Below are positions 18,349 through 28,633 of a stretch of 64,000 bases of DNA, in pieces. Made by a program: the position numbers and the translations under genes. This stretch comes from Candidatus Latescibacterota bacterium (GTDB lineage Bacteria > Latescibacterota > CBDEFO01). Below the pieces are notes generated by a model. The model saw nothing but the letters and a program-made list of their open reading frames with translations. It was not told the DNA's origin and searched no databases. Location: NCBI GenBank assembly GCA_965237525.1, contig CBDEFO010000006.1:413434-477433 (forward strand). The letters run 5' to 3'. How positions within the stretch are numbered: position 1 is the first letter of the stretch; each line of letters starts with the position of its first letter.

Positions 18349-19651
18349 AGGTTGAATATCAAATGAAATCGGTGCACCTAATTTGATCTTTGTTTAGAGT
18401 ATTAGTAGATTAAGTTGAGTTGATTGTCTTAACTTTAATCTACGGAGTCCTATGGACAAAGAGAGATTGGCCGTATTAAGACAAGAAGTCAACGAGATGT
18501 ATTTTAAGAAAGAAATGTCAAAGCGAGAAGTTATCAAACAAGCGAGAGTTTCCAATGATTTCGTTACGGCTTGGACTAAATCTCTGGATCAGGATTTTGC
18601 CATGGATAATCGGGGTTGGCCAAAAGGAAAAAGGCGAAAATTGGCTAAAGTTGACGAACAGAGAATCAAAGAGATTTACCATAGCTTAGAGGACGATCCT
18701 TATCAGTTCTATTCAGGAGCCACTGTTATTGAACAAGAATGGAGGAATCGATATTCTAGCACCCCTCCTCCGTCGTTGCCGACTATCGGCAGAATGCTTT
18801 CAGATTTAGGACTTTCCCAGAGAAGGAAGAAAGGTAAAAACAAGGGTGCATCTCGTTATCTTTGTTATCCAGAGTATACCATTTACTATCTTTCAGGAGG
18901 CAGAGTCCTAGAATCAGACTTTATTGGTAAAAAGTATCTTACCGGCAGAACTGAGCCGGTCAACTTCGTTGGATTTTCCTTTAAGAAAGAGCCTAAGTTA
19001 AGGTATTTTCGGCGGGTTGACGGTCAAACAGCAACTAACTTTATCGAGAAGTGTCAGTCTTTCTTTGACAGGTTTGAAAAACCAGATTTCGTTAAGGTGG
19101 ACAATTGCTCGGCGACTATTGGCAGTGTTTCAGGTAAAAGGAATGTCAGCAAAGCAATGCAGTTTCTCTTGAAAAATCAAGTGATTCCGATATTTGCCGT
19201 TCCCAGAAGGCCCTTTTCTCAAGCATCTATAGAAGGCAACAATTCTGTATTTTCAAGGAAGTTCTGGAACAGAATTCAGTTCAAAAGCTTACAAGAAGTT
19301 GATCAGAAGTTAGAATGGTTTAATCTTTCATCACAGAGATACACCGGCTACCGTCCACCTAAGCAAGAGAAGTCAAACGAGAAAGATTTCATTCCCAAGA
19401 CCTATTTTATCAGACAAGTCAAACAGGACACAGAACAGACAGATAAAGCCTTTATCGATGTCCTAAATGAGAAAGTATCTCTTCCCTCCTCTTACACCAA
19501 CTACTTTGTCCTGGCTGAATGGAACCTAAAAGAAGAACAATTATACATCCATTTTGAAAAAGAACAGAAACCAAAGATTGTCGAAAACCTATCATTCAAG
19601 ATCAATCAAAGATCGAAAGAGAAGTGCACCGATTTCATTTGATAAATAACC
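18349..19651 (+). mobile_element. 1303-bp IS (rve/DDE transposase), copy A
   Basis: IRs AGGTTGAATATCAAATGAAATCGGTGCAC / GTGCACCGATTTCATTTGATAAATAACC; 5-bp TSD AGTAC. Confidence 0.9.
18452..19642 (+). CDS. Transposase with integrase core (DDE)
   Basis: N-terminal HTH; ESDF, KVDN, QASIEGNN; three near-identical copies in the window. Confidence 0.8.
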   Translation: MDKERLAVLRQEVNEMYFKKEMSKREVIKQARVSNDFVTAWTKSLDQDFAMDNRGWPKGKRRKLAKVDEQRIKEIYHSLEDDPYQFYSGATVIEQEWRNRYSSTPPPSLPTIGRMLSDLGLSQRRKKGKNKGASRYLCYPEYTIYYLSGGRVLESDFIGKKYLTGRTEPVNFVGFSFKKEPKLRYFRRVDGQTATNFIEKCQSFFDRFEKPDFVKVDNCSATIGSVSGKRNVSKAMQFLLKNQVIPIFAVPRRPFSQASIEGNNSVFSRKFWNRIQFKSLQEVDQKLEWFNLSSQRYTGYRPPKQEKSNEKDFIPKTYFIRQVKQDTEQTDKAFIDVLNEKVSLPSSYTNYFVLAEWNLKEEQLYIHFEKEQKPKIVENLSFKINQRSKEKCTDFI

Positions 19652-19696
19652 AGTACAGAGTAATAAGAGGGAACATCTCCCCATTTTCTGTCTACT

Positions 19697-19725
19697 AATA
19701 TAAAGTTTTTCGGTGCGTTTGTCAA
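19697..19725 (-). promoter_or_regulatory. Probable native ssrA promoter, now separated from the gene by IS copy A
   Basis: TTGACA-17-TATATT on the minus strand just past the rel stop. Confidence 0.6.
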
Positions 19726-19732
19726 GTGCCCC

Positions 19733-22090
19733 TTAACTGTCAAGCGCTTCTGGCTCATCTAAACGCTTTACGTCGATGACGTCGTCGATCTTCGATAGCT
19801 TCTTGATCAACCCACTGAGGTGCTGGAGATTTCTGACATCTAACTCAAAATTGTTGTATGAAATGTCCTCTTTGGTACCTAATGATCCGCTTCTGATGTT
19901 CGTCCTAGTCTCGGCAAAGACCCTGGTTATGTCTCTTAAGAGGTTTTTCCTGTCTACTGCCTGAACAAGTATCGGCACGATGAACGACTGGCCCTTTTCG
20001 GTGTCCCATTCTGCAGGGACTATCCTTTCGCTGGCTGGATCGTCATCTGCAGCGTGGAGCATCGCAAGGCTGTTAGGACAATCGACCCTGTGGATCGAGA
20101 CACCTCTGCCTCTGGTTATAAGCCCCACAATTCCGTCACCCGGGACGGGATTGCAGCATTTGGCAAATTGAATCATCATATTGTCCAGACCCTCAATCCT
20201 GATGCCTTTGCCTTTGACCTTCTTGTCAAACAATTCTTCCGATACTTTTTTGGGACCCTGAAGTGTCTTGCCCGTCATGCCAGGGATGTCTGACCTTTTC
20301 ATTCCTTTATGGGAGGGTTCGGACATAATCTTGCTGGTAATCCTGCCGGTGGTGATCTGACCGTTCCCCACATTGGCAAAGAGGTGGTCAATGTCCTCTT
20401 CGCCGCAGCTTTGGGCTATATCCAGGAGCTCGTCCTCTTTAACCTTGATTCTTAATCTCTTGAATTCTCTTTCGAGCATCTTCTTGCCGAGTTCCACGCT
20501 GTGTGTGTACCTCTTCTCCTTCAGCCAGCGTTTGATGCTGGACCGGGCTTTGGAGGTCTTTACTATTTCGAGCCAGTTTGTGTGGGGTTCCTGTTTGAGG
20601 GAGGTTATAATCTGGACTGTGTCGCCGCTTTTTAGCTCTGTTCCCAAAGATGACATCTTCCCGTTGACTTTCGCTCCCAGGCTATGTATCCCAACATCTG
20701 TATGAACACTGAAGGCAAAGTCCAGCGGCGTGGCACCTCTTGGCAGTCGCTTTAGAGCCCCTTTGGGGGTGAAAACGAATATCTCGTCTTGGAATAAGTC
20801 TATCTTAAGTTCCTCCATAAAGTCCTTCGACTCTGTATCCTGCTGCCATTCGACTAACTGCCGAAGCCATACCATGTGTTTGTCCAGTTCGTCTTCTTTT
20901 GTCAGCCCTTCTTTATATCTCCAGTGAGAGGCTATGCCTTCTTCTGCGGTCTGATGCATCTTGTTGGTCCTGATCTGAATTTCTACCATCTCGCCACTTG
21001 GCCCTATCACCGTGGTGTGCAGAGATCGATACATGTTAGACTTGGGTGTAGCGATGAAATCTTTGAACCTGGCAGTCACTGGAGTGTACATGCTGTGCAC
21101 TAATCCCAGAACGTAGTAGCACTCTCTTACGGTTTGGACTATTACCCTTATGGCAAAAAGGTCGTATATTTCCTCAAAGGGCAACCCCCTCCTTTTCATC
21201 TTGCCGTAGATGCTGTAAAAGCTCTTGGGGCGTCCTGTGATCTCAGCCTCTATCCCGTTGGCCATAAGCTCCTTTTGCACCGGGACCTTGATCTCCTCTA
21301 TGTATCTGTCCCCCTCCTCTTTTTTTAAGGCGATCTTTTCTCTTATGCTTTCGTATGCCTCAGAATCGAGGTATTTAAGGCTTAAATCTTCAAGTTCTGA
21401 CTTGACCCTGGATATTCCCATACGGTGTGCCAATGGTGCATACACTTCTCTAGTCTCAAGGGCTATTCGTTTTTGCTGGTCGGGGTTCAGAGATTCTAAT
21501 GTCCTCATATTGTTTAAACGGTCCGCAAATTTAATTAAGATCACTCTTATATCCTTGACCATCGAAAGGAGCATCTTTCGGAGGTTCTCGGCCTGTATAA
21601 TCTCCTGTGTCTTTTCAGTGGGAGACTTTGACGACTGCGTCTGGGAAATCGAGTCTTCCTCTGAAAGGCTCTCTGATACTTTTGCAGAATCCCAGACGGA
21701 GTGGGCATCCCACTCGGTTATCTTCGTCACGCCGTCTACTAATGTGGCTATCTCCTCCCCGAACTCCGCGCCCACCTGCTGGTGGGTTATTCCCGTGTCT
21801 TCGACTATGTCGTGCAAAAGCCCCGCCGCTATGGTCGTCGAATCTAAATGCAGATTGGATAATATCCTGGCGACCTCGATGGAATGGATGATGTAGGGAC
21901 GCCCTGATTCTCTAAACTGTCCTCTGTGAGCAAGGTCGGCAAAGTGGTAGGCCCTGGAGATCGACTCAAAATCCGCTCTCTCGTTGTAAAAGGATACCAC
22001 TAAAAGGAGTTGTTGTAGTTCGGGATGCTCGTTTTCCTTTTCCAGTACTTCTTCTACTAGTTCTGTCTGTTCCAAAAATGTAGTATCCAT
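19733..22090 (-). CDS. rel: Bifunctional (p)ppGpp synthetase/hydrolase (long RSH)
   Basis: LLHDIVED, KFADRLNNMRTL, GRPKSFYSI, YRSLHTT, EIQIRT, TGS, CCNPVPGD, ACT. Confidence 0.93.
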   Translation of the reverse strand: MDTTFLEQTELVEEVLEKENEHPELQQLLLVVSFYNERADFESISRAYHFADLAHRGQFRESGRPYIIHSIEVARILSNLHLDSTTIAAGLLHDIVEDTGITHQQVGAEFGEEIATLVDGVTKITEWDAHSVWDSAKVSESLSEEDSISQTQSSKSPTEKTQEIIQAENLRKMLLSMVKDIRVILIKFADRLNNMRTLESLNPDQQKRIALETREVYAPLAHRMGISRVKSELEDLSLKYLDSEAYESIREKIALKKEEGDRYIEEIKVPVQKELMANGIEAEITGRPKSFYSIYGKMKRRGLPFEEIYDLFAIRVIVQTVRECYYVLGLVHSMYTPVTARFKDFIATPKSNMYRSLHTTVIGPSGEMVEIQIRTNKMHQTAEEGIASHWRYKEGLTKEDELDKHMVWLRQLVEWQQDTESKDFMEELKIDLFQDEIFVFTPKGALKRLPRGATPLDFAFSVHTDVGIHSLGAKVNGKMSSLGTELKSGDTVQIITSLKQEPHTNWLEIVKTSKARSSIKRWLKEKRYTHSVELGKKMLEREFKRLRIKVKEDELLDIAQSCGEEDIDHLFANVGNGQITTGRITSKIMSEPSHKGMKRSDIPGMTGKTLQGPKKVSEELFDKKVKGKGIRIEGLDNMMIQFAKCCNPVPGDGIVGLITRGRGVSIHRVDCPNSLAMLHAADDDPASERIVPAEWDTEKGQSFIVPILVQAVDRKNLLRDITRVFAETRTNIRSGSLGTKEDISYNNFELDVRNLQHLSGLIKKLSKIDDVIDVKRLDEPEALDS

Positions 22091-22360
22091 TTTTCTAGTA
22101 ACCGTTAAAAGTAGATAGGACGTCCTACTTTACCTGTCTACTTTGTAGTAACGCCTGAACATATCGTTCTGTTCCTTTTTAGAACCTGTGCAAATCCCAA
22201 AATTGATCTTGACATCTGCTGCATATCCCCTTAATTTCAGTAGACAGTAATCAAAGTAGGATAGCCTTTTTGTTATCCCCATTTCATAAAGAAATATAGT
22301 AATTTAGCTTAAAATCCGCAAGATGAGATTTTGACTTTTAAGGAAACCCCAGTGGCTATA

Positions 22361-23663
22361 GGTTATTTATCAAATGAAATCGGTGCACTTCTCTTTCGAT
22401 CTTTGATTGATCTTGAATGATAGGTTTTCGACAATCTTTGGTTTCTGTTCTTTTTCAAAATGGATGTATAATTGTTCTTCTTTTAGGTTCCATTCAGCCA
22501 GGACAAAGTAGTTGGTGTAAGAGGAGGGAAGAGATACTTTCTCATTTAGGACATCGATAAAGGCTTTATCTGTCTGTTCTGTGTCCTGTTTGACTTGTCT
22601 GATAAAATAGGTCTTGGGAATGAAATCTTTCTCGTTTGACTTCTCTTGCTTAGGTGGACGGTAGCCGGTGTATCTCTGTGATGAAAGATTAAACCATTCT
22701 AACTTCTGATCAACTTCTTGTAAGCTTTTGAACTGAATTCTGTTCCAGAACTTCCTTGAAAATACAGAATTGTTGCCTTCTATAGATGCTTGAGAAAAGG
22801 GCCTTCTGGGAACGGCAAATATCGGAATCACTTGATTTTTCAAGAGAAACTGCATTGCTTTGCTGACATTCCTTTTACCTGAAACACTGCCAATAGTCGC
22901 CGAGCAATTGTCCACCTTAACGAAATCTGGTTTTTCAAACCTGTCAAAGAAAGACTGACACTTCTCGATAAAGTTAGTTGCTGTTTGACCGTCAACCCGC
23001 CGAAAATACCTTAACTTAGGCTCTTTCTTAAAGGAAAATCCAACGAAGTTGACCGGCTCAGTTCTGCCGGTAAGATACTTTTTACCAATAAAGTCTGATT
23101 CTAGGACTCTGCCTCCTGAAAGATAGTAAATGGTATACTCTGGATAACAAAGATAACGAGATGCACCCTTGTTTTTACCTTTCTTCCTTCTCTGGGAAAG
23201 TCCTAAATCTGAAAGCATTCTGCCGATAGTCGGCAACGACGGAGGAGGGGTGCTAGAATATCGATTCCTCCATTCTTGTTCAATAACAGTGGCTCCTGAA
23301 TAGAACTGATAAGGATCGTCCTCTAAGCTATGGTAAATCTCTTTGATTCTCTGTTCGTCAACTTTAGCCAATTTTTGCCTTTTTCCTTTTGGCCAACCCC
23401 GATTATCCATGGCAAAATCCTGATCCGGAGATTTAGTCCAAGCCGTAACGAAATCATTGGAAACTCTCGCTTGTTTGATAACTTCTCGCTTTGACATTTC
23501 TTTCTTAAAATACATCTCGTTGACTTCTTGTCTTAATACGGCCAATCTCTCTTTGTCCATAGGACTCCGTAGATTAAAGTTAAGACAATCAACTCAACTT
23601 AATCTACTAATACTCTAAACAAAGATCAAATTAGGTGCACCGATTTCATTTGATATTCAACCT
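22361..23663 (-). mobile_element. 1303-bp IS, copy B (transposase 22370-23560)
   Basis: Near-identical to copy A, inverted; TSD CTATA. Confidence 0.9.
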
Positions 23664-23766
23664 CTATAAAGTGACTATCCAGTGACTATTTGGTTGTTTT
23701 TAACGGTATAGAAAGTCGTAAGCACTTGAGTTTCATACACGGTAACTTCGATAAGGAGGATGAATT

Positions 23767-24831
23767 ATGAAAACAATAAGGGGCAGGCTCATTGTATCGA
23801 CTATTGTCACATTCGTGGGGTGTTTGTTCTTGTCTCACTATTCTGTGAGAGCACAGACCTCTGAAGAACAAACGATAGACACGAATCTCTCGACTGTATT
23901 CCTCGGGGGAAAAGAGGATGACCCATACGAAGCGTTTCACCGACCTTCCGGTGTAGAGATCGATGGGGAGGGCAACTTTTATGTCCTTGATAGCGGGAAC
24001 GGAAGAATCGTAAAATTCGATTCAGTAGGGACATTTTTGAGGGAAATTGGAAGGACAGGCGTAGGCCTGGGAGAATTTAGAAGGCCTGTGGATTTAACCT
24101 TTGATAAAGAGGGCAATATTTACGTACTTGATGTTGATATATCTTCTTTCAAAGTCAAAATAATGGATAAAGACGGTAAACACTTAAATAGCTTTGATGT
24201 TAGTGCCACTTATCAAGATTGCGGATCACGAATTGCAGTTGATGATCAGGGCTTGATATATTTGAACCTGCCGATGGAAGGAGCCTTGTTTTCAGTCTAT
24301 ACAAAAGAAGGCCAGAAGGTCACTTCCTTCGGAGAGATTACCTATTACGAGAATACAACTAAGAACATTGTCTTCAACACTGTGATGTTCTTTGTTGACG
24401 AGAGGAATTTTTTAATTTCCCTGGATTATGCTAAACCAATTTTGAGACAATACGATAGAAATCACAGGTTGGTTTTTCAGAAGGAGATTAAGAGCCCTGA
24501 AATTGAAGTGATTAATGAGAGCGCTGCAAAATTATGGGAAAGAATAAAAGAAACAGAAATCAATAGGAAGAAAGGGGTGAGTTATATTTCTTATTTCATC
24601 GATGTTATTTTGATAGATGATGGAGATATTCTTGCCCTGTTAAGCACATGGTCAACTTTCAACCGTCTTGATCTTGAAGGAAACGTAAGGACAAGAATTA
24701 ATCTGAAAAAACCTTATGAACCTAAGAAAGCTTCTATAAGAAGAATATCTATGGACGCGAAGGGAAGCCTTTATGCACTAAACTCTGACAACGCCATAGT
24801 TTTCAAATATGAACAATTTCTGAAGGATTAG
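23767..24831 (+). CDS. Secreted NHL-repeat / 6-bladed beta-propeller protein
   Basis: Signal peptide; FHRPSGVEIDGEGNFYVLDSGNGRIVKFD repeats. Confidence 0.8.
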   Translation: MKTIRGRLIVSTIVTFVGCLFLSHYSVRAQTSEEQTIDTNLSTVFLGGKEDDPYEAFHRPSGVEIDGEGNFYVLDSGNGRIVKFDSVGTFLREIGRTGVGLGEFRRPVDLTFDKEGNIYVLDVDISSFKVKIMDKDGKHLNSFDVSATYQDCGSRIAVDDQGLIYLNLPMEGALFSVYTKEGQKVTSFGEITYYENTTKNIVFNTVMFFVDERNFLISLDYAKPILRQYDRNHRLVFQKEIKSPEIEVINESAAKLWERIKETEINRKKGVSYISYFIDVILIDDGDILALLSTWSTFNRLDLEGNVRTRINLKKPYEPKKASIRRISMDAKGSLYALNSDNAIVFKYEQFLKD

Positions 24832-24921
24832 GTTGAGAAACCTCATCCTTATCAGTACGCATTAAGAATATCCGACATTGTGCTGATAGAATTAGCTCTA
24901 CGTAATGAAAGGAGAACTCCT

Positions 24922-25713
24922 ATGGATCTGGGTTTAAAGGATAAAGTGGCTGTAGTAGGTGGTTCGAGCCTGGGATTGGGGAGGGCCTGCGCTATGGGCC
25001 TTGCCGAAGAAGGGGCTTGCGTCGTAGTCAGTTCTCGAAACGAGGAGCGACTGCACCAAACCGCCGAGGAGATAAGGTCGAAGACGGGCGCCAAAGTGTT
25101 GGCAGTCCCCACTGATATGTCCAAAGCTGAGGATATTGAGAATCTTATTGACAGGACTGTGGATGAGTTCGGACGAATAGATTGCCTGGTCAATAACGCC
25201 GGTGGGCCTCCTGCTGGTCTCTTTATGGAACAGGGCGAAGATCAGTGGGAGTTAGGCTGGAAGCTCACGTTTATGAGCATGGTGAGGAGCTCAACCAAGG
25301 TTGTGCCTATTATGCAAAGGCAGGGAGGAGGTTCTATTGTGAATATAACTTCTCTTTCGGTCAAACAGCCTGTGGATAGCCTTATCTTGTCCAACTCCTA
25401 CAGGTCGGGTGTGGTAGGTGTGGCCAAGACGATGGCAAATGAACTGGGACAATACAATATCCGCATCAATAACGTGTGCCCCGGATATATCAGGACCCAG
25501 AGGCTGGAAAGCCTGCTTTCTGGTAGGGGAGAAAAAACTGGACAGTCTTTGGAGGAAGTCATAGATGATATTTCCGGTGATGTTCCCCTTGGCCGCCCGG
25601 GGAAGCCTGATGAATTGGCCGATATGGTGGTCTTTCTATCTTCGGACAGGGCAAGGTACGTGACGGGCGTCACTGTGCAGGTGGACGGAGGCGTAGTTAA
25701 GGGCATAATGTAG
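24922..25713 (+). CDS. SDR oxidoreductase
   Basis: MDLGLKDKVAVVGGSSLGLG, NNAGGP, VDGG. Confidence 0.88.
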   Translation: MDLGLKDKVAVVGGSSLGLGRACAMGLAEEGACVVVSSRNEERLHQTAEEIRSKTGAKVLAVPTDMSKAEDIENLIDRTVDEFGRIDCLVNNAGGPPAGLFMEQGEDQWELGWKLTFMSMVRSSTKVVPIMQRQGGGSIVNITSLSVKQPVDSLILSNSYRSGVVGVAKTMANELGQYNIRINNVCPGYIRTQRLESLLSGRGEKTGQSLEEVIDDISGDVPLGRPGKPDELADMVVFLSSDRARYVTGVTVQVDGGVVKGIM

Positions 25714-26064
25714 GTAGTCAGTAGGAAAGACAGTTCTGCCCACCCCTTTAGATTGCTTCGGCGTAAATCTCCTCGCAATGACGCAGACTGAGTGATGTCA
25801 CTGTGAGCCAAGCGTTGCAATCTCTTAGTCAGTAGGTCGGGCCGTGGCTGCCCATCCCTGCCCGGGATGTCTGCGGAAGATGATAGAGGATCTTGATAAC
25901 GCTTGTAAATCTCATCTGAATCAGGCGCGGGTTCTTCTTTCTAAAGGCCTATAGAAATACGATTCCCACAACAAAATAGAAGGACGGGACATAAGAGTTT
26001 GAAGTATCATGAAATCGTCGTCAACTCGAGTAAGTGTCTAATATAAGTAAGGAGAAGAAGAGCT

Positions 26065-26403
26065 ATGACAGTTCAACAACTGATAGTCAGATTTCCGGAA
26101 ATCCCGCAGGACCTTCACGAAGAACCGCTGCTTGCCCAATTTGCGGAGACCTTTGGAGACCTGCTCCAGGTCGCCCAGGATCCGAGTGCCTGTTCGGCCG
26201 CGCACGATGCGGGCAATCACTTCTATCTCAAACTGATCAGCCCCATGAAAATCTATATGTACGGACTCTCCACCAAGGAGAAGGTAATAGGGCAACTGCA
26301 AGCGCTGCTCGATCAGCACCGGTCCGACCCCGAAGGATTCGCCCCAAGCCTCCTCCCTGCCGATACGGCAGAAAAGGAGGTCAAGGGTCCGGGATGTGCA
26401 TGA
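26065..26403 (+). CDS. Hypothetical protein
   Basis: RBS AAGGAG; 112 aa with PSACS and C-terminal GPGCA. Confidence 0.6.
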   Translation: MTVQQLIVRFPEIPQDLHEEPLLAQFAETFGDLLQVAQDPSACSAAHDAGNHFYLKLISPMKIYMYGLSTKEKVIGQLQALLDQHRSDPEGFAPSLLPADTAEKEVKGPGCA

Positions 26404-26538
26404 CCCGTCTTTCCAGATATGACGGTAGGTAAGGAACCTCACGAAGCTTCTCGGGGACGCGTATATCGGCATAAGGGATTGACGTGAGTTGACCTTACCA
26501 GTAGAGCACAGACCAAATTAGATTAAGGAGGGAAAACT

Positions 26539-27300
26539 ATGGCGAGTATTACGATTAACTTCATAGGACACGCTTCGTTTGTGTTCGAGACGGACGAGGG
26601 ACAAACGATCTACATCGATCCATGGTTGGATGATAATCCTGCGTCGAACTTGAAGGTCGTGGATGTGACTGAGGCTGATGTCGTGTGCGTGACACACGGC
26701 CATGTAGACCACCTAGGGGACTCCATCCAGGTAGTAAAACAGACTGGGGCTGTGCTTATCGGCAGCCCTGAGATCGGGTCTTATGCAGCGCAACAGGGTA
26801 TTACATACGACGGGGCGCCCGAAGAAAATGAATGGTATTCGTGCCCCCTAAATACCGGAGGATCCTGTACGATCGGTCCCACGACATTTACCATGGTGCA
26901 GGCTCTTCACTCCACTGCCTTGCATACGGCTGAGTGGTTCAACTCCATGAAGTATGAACCTGATGGGAGCGTCGCCGGGTATGTGATCAGGACGGACAGC
27001 GGTATAAGTTTGTACGATACGGCGGATACGGGTCTTTTCGGTGATATGGCGCTGATCAGTCAAATGTACAGCCCCCAGATCGCTATACTCCCGGTCGGCG
27101 GCAAATATACAATGGGGATAAGGGAAGCCGCAAGGGCAGCATCTTTGATCAGACCAGAAATCGTGATCCCCTGCCACTACGACACTTTCCCGAATCAAAG
27201 GGCCGATATAGATCAACTGAGAGAGGAAGTCCAGTTCCTGTCTCCTGGGACACAGGTGATTAAGCTAACGCCGGGTGAATCGTATGAATACAGTAGGTAA
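26539..27300 (+). CDS. Metallo-beta-lactamase-fold hydrolase (UPF0173-like)
   Basis: GHASF, IDPW, THGHVDH, ADTGLFGDM, IPCHYDTFP. Confidence 0.88.
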   Translation: MASITINFIGHASFVFETDEGQTIYIDPWLDDNPASNLKVVDVTEADVVCVTHGHVDHLGDSIQVVKQTGAVLIGSPEIGSYAAQQGITYDGAPEENEWYSCPLNTGGSCTIGPTTFTMVQALHSTALHTAEWFNSMKYEPDGSVAGYVIRTDSGISLYDTADTGLFGDMALISQMYSPQIAILPVGGKYTMGIREAARAASLIRPEIVIPCHYDTFPNQRADIDQLREEVQFLSPGTQVIKLTPGESYEYSR

Positions 27301-27329
27301 TAGTCAGTATATATGATTAGCATCAAACA

Positions 27330-27885
27330 GTAGCTCCCGATAGAATCCCTGATTGAGGCTACCGCCCCTACATTCTGTGTACTTCCCAATAATCTCCCCA
27401 ATAATCTGAAAGTCTACTGGGCGAACACGTGGGCCTGTCCCCGAATGCCTCAATCGGGGATCGCCACTACGTTCGTCTGTTGTTGTAGGGGCAGACCCGT
27501 GTGTCTGCCCAAGGGGCGAGTGAACCTCACCCCTACATTCTGTGTACTGTAACCGAGACCTGTCCTCGAATGACTTTATCAGGGATTGCTTCGGGGTGAA
27601 CCCCCTCGCAATGACACCTCTGCCATTAGTCATTGCGAGCCCCCCGATGGGTTCAATCGGCGACGCCCCTACATTCTGTCTACTGCCAAATAATCTCCCC
27701 AATAATCTCAATGTCTAATGGGCGAACACGTGGGTTCGCCCCTACATTCACCCCCCTGTATCCCCCTTAATAAGGGGGGTAGCAGACCCGTGTGTCTACC
27801 CAAGGGGCGAGTGATCCCCGATAGGATCGTTCGGGGACAGGCCCCCGATTCAACCTTTCGGGGGCAGGCCTCGCCCCTACGCATG
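27330..27885. repeat. Dense composite REP/palindrome cluster
   Basis: GTAGGGGCAGACCCGTGTGTCTGCCC, CGCCCCTACATTC, GATTGCTTCG..CTCGCAATGAC, CCCCCTGTATCCCCCTTAATAAGGGGGG and CCCCGAT..ATCGG units. Confidence 0.8.
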
Positions 27886-27937
27886 CGCGGGTTAGTCAGA
27901 ATCGTTACGTCATTAGCAAAACTTAGAGCGTATTGAC

Positions 27938-28080
27938 TTTCGTGATCGGCCTTCGGGTCGTCCACAGACGAGAGATTCATGGGCATCAGCCTGATCCGCT
28001 GCCAGAGGGCAGAGTCGTAGGCGTTGGCCTTGGGCTTGTGCTTGGTCTGCAGAAATAGTGTAAATGTCGGTCGAAACTCC
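27938..28080 (-). pseudogene. Fragment of a P4/D5-family primase gene
   Basis: EFRPTFTLFLQTKHKPKANAYDSALWQRIRLMPMNLSSVDDP matches 52218-52360 with mostly synonymous differences. Confidence 0.8.
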
Positions 28081-28105
28081 TGTGAAGCGTTAAGCGAAAG
28101 AATTC

Positions 28106-28180
28106 TTTCCCAAATAGGAAAATAGCGGAAGATAGCGAACCCTGCGGTTTGACTAACCACAGGGTTTGTTTTATATTTAT
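28106..28180 (+). promoter_or_regulatory. Promoter motif copy 1, upstream of terS
   Basis: GCGGAAGATAGCGAACCCTGCGGT-TTGACT(28149)-17-TATATT(28172). Confidence 0.7.
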
Positions 28181-28225
28181 GTCTGTACGGTAAATAGTGA
28201 ACTTTTGTTTAGCAAGGAAGGTGCT

Positions 28226-28633
28226 ATGTCTGATTTTAAACCGAATCAAAAACAAAAGGCCTACTTTGAGGCGCTGATGGATGCAGATGTCCAAGGAGAT
28301 AGGTCAAAGGCGCTTAAGAAGGCAAAGGTCAGCATAACGCTTTATAACAAATGGCAAAGGGACAGCAGCTTGGTGGATTTCGAGCAGGACCTTACGGAGC
28401 AGTACCTGAGGTCTTTGGAGTTCAAGTTCGTTATGAGATTACAAGAGCAGATGGATGAGGGGAATATGACTGCTTTGAGTCTTTATCATAAGATACTAAG
28501 TGAGATTAAGGATAAAAAGGTAGAGGAAGTAAGCAGCGGAGAGGATAAGCAGAGATTGATCAGAAGTGAACTTGAGGACCTGATCGAAGGAAAGATCGAT
28601 GAACTCAAAGAAGCGCTACAATCAGAAAGTTGA
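28226..28633 (+). CDS. Terminase small subunit-like HTH protein
   Basis: RBS AAGGAAGG; HTH-like ALKKAKVSITLYNKWQRD; overlaps terL. Confidence 0.6.
   Translation: MSDFKPNQKQKAYFEALMDADVQGDRSKALKKAKVSITLYNKWQRDSSLVDFEQDLTEQYLRSLEFKFVMRLQEQMDEGNMTALSLYHKILSEIKDKKVEEVSSGEDKQRLIRSELEDLIEGKIDELKEALQSES

Noticed and set aside
18349..23663. Composite transposon carrying rel
   Set aside because: Copies A and B each have their own TSD (AGTAC, CTATA), so they are independent insertions.
27330..27885. ORFs 27304-27711, 27708-28160 and 27718-27936 as genes
   Set aside because: They are translations of REP clusters; only the primase fragment has real protein similarity.
27938..28080. DGR template/variable repeat pair with the primase gene
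   Set aside because: Differences are mostly synonymous third-position changes, not adenine-specific, and no reverse transcriptase is in the window.
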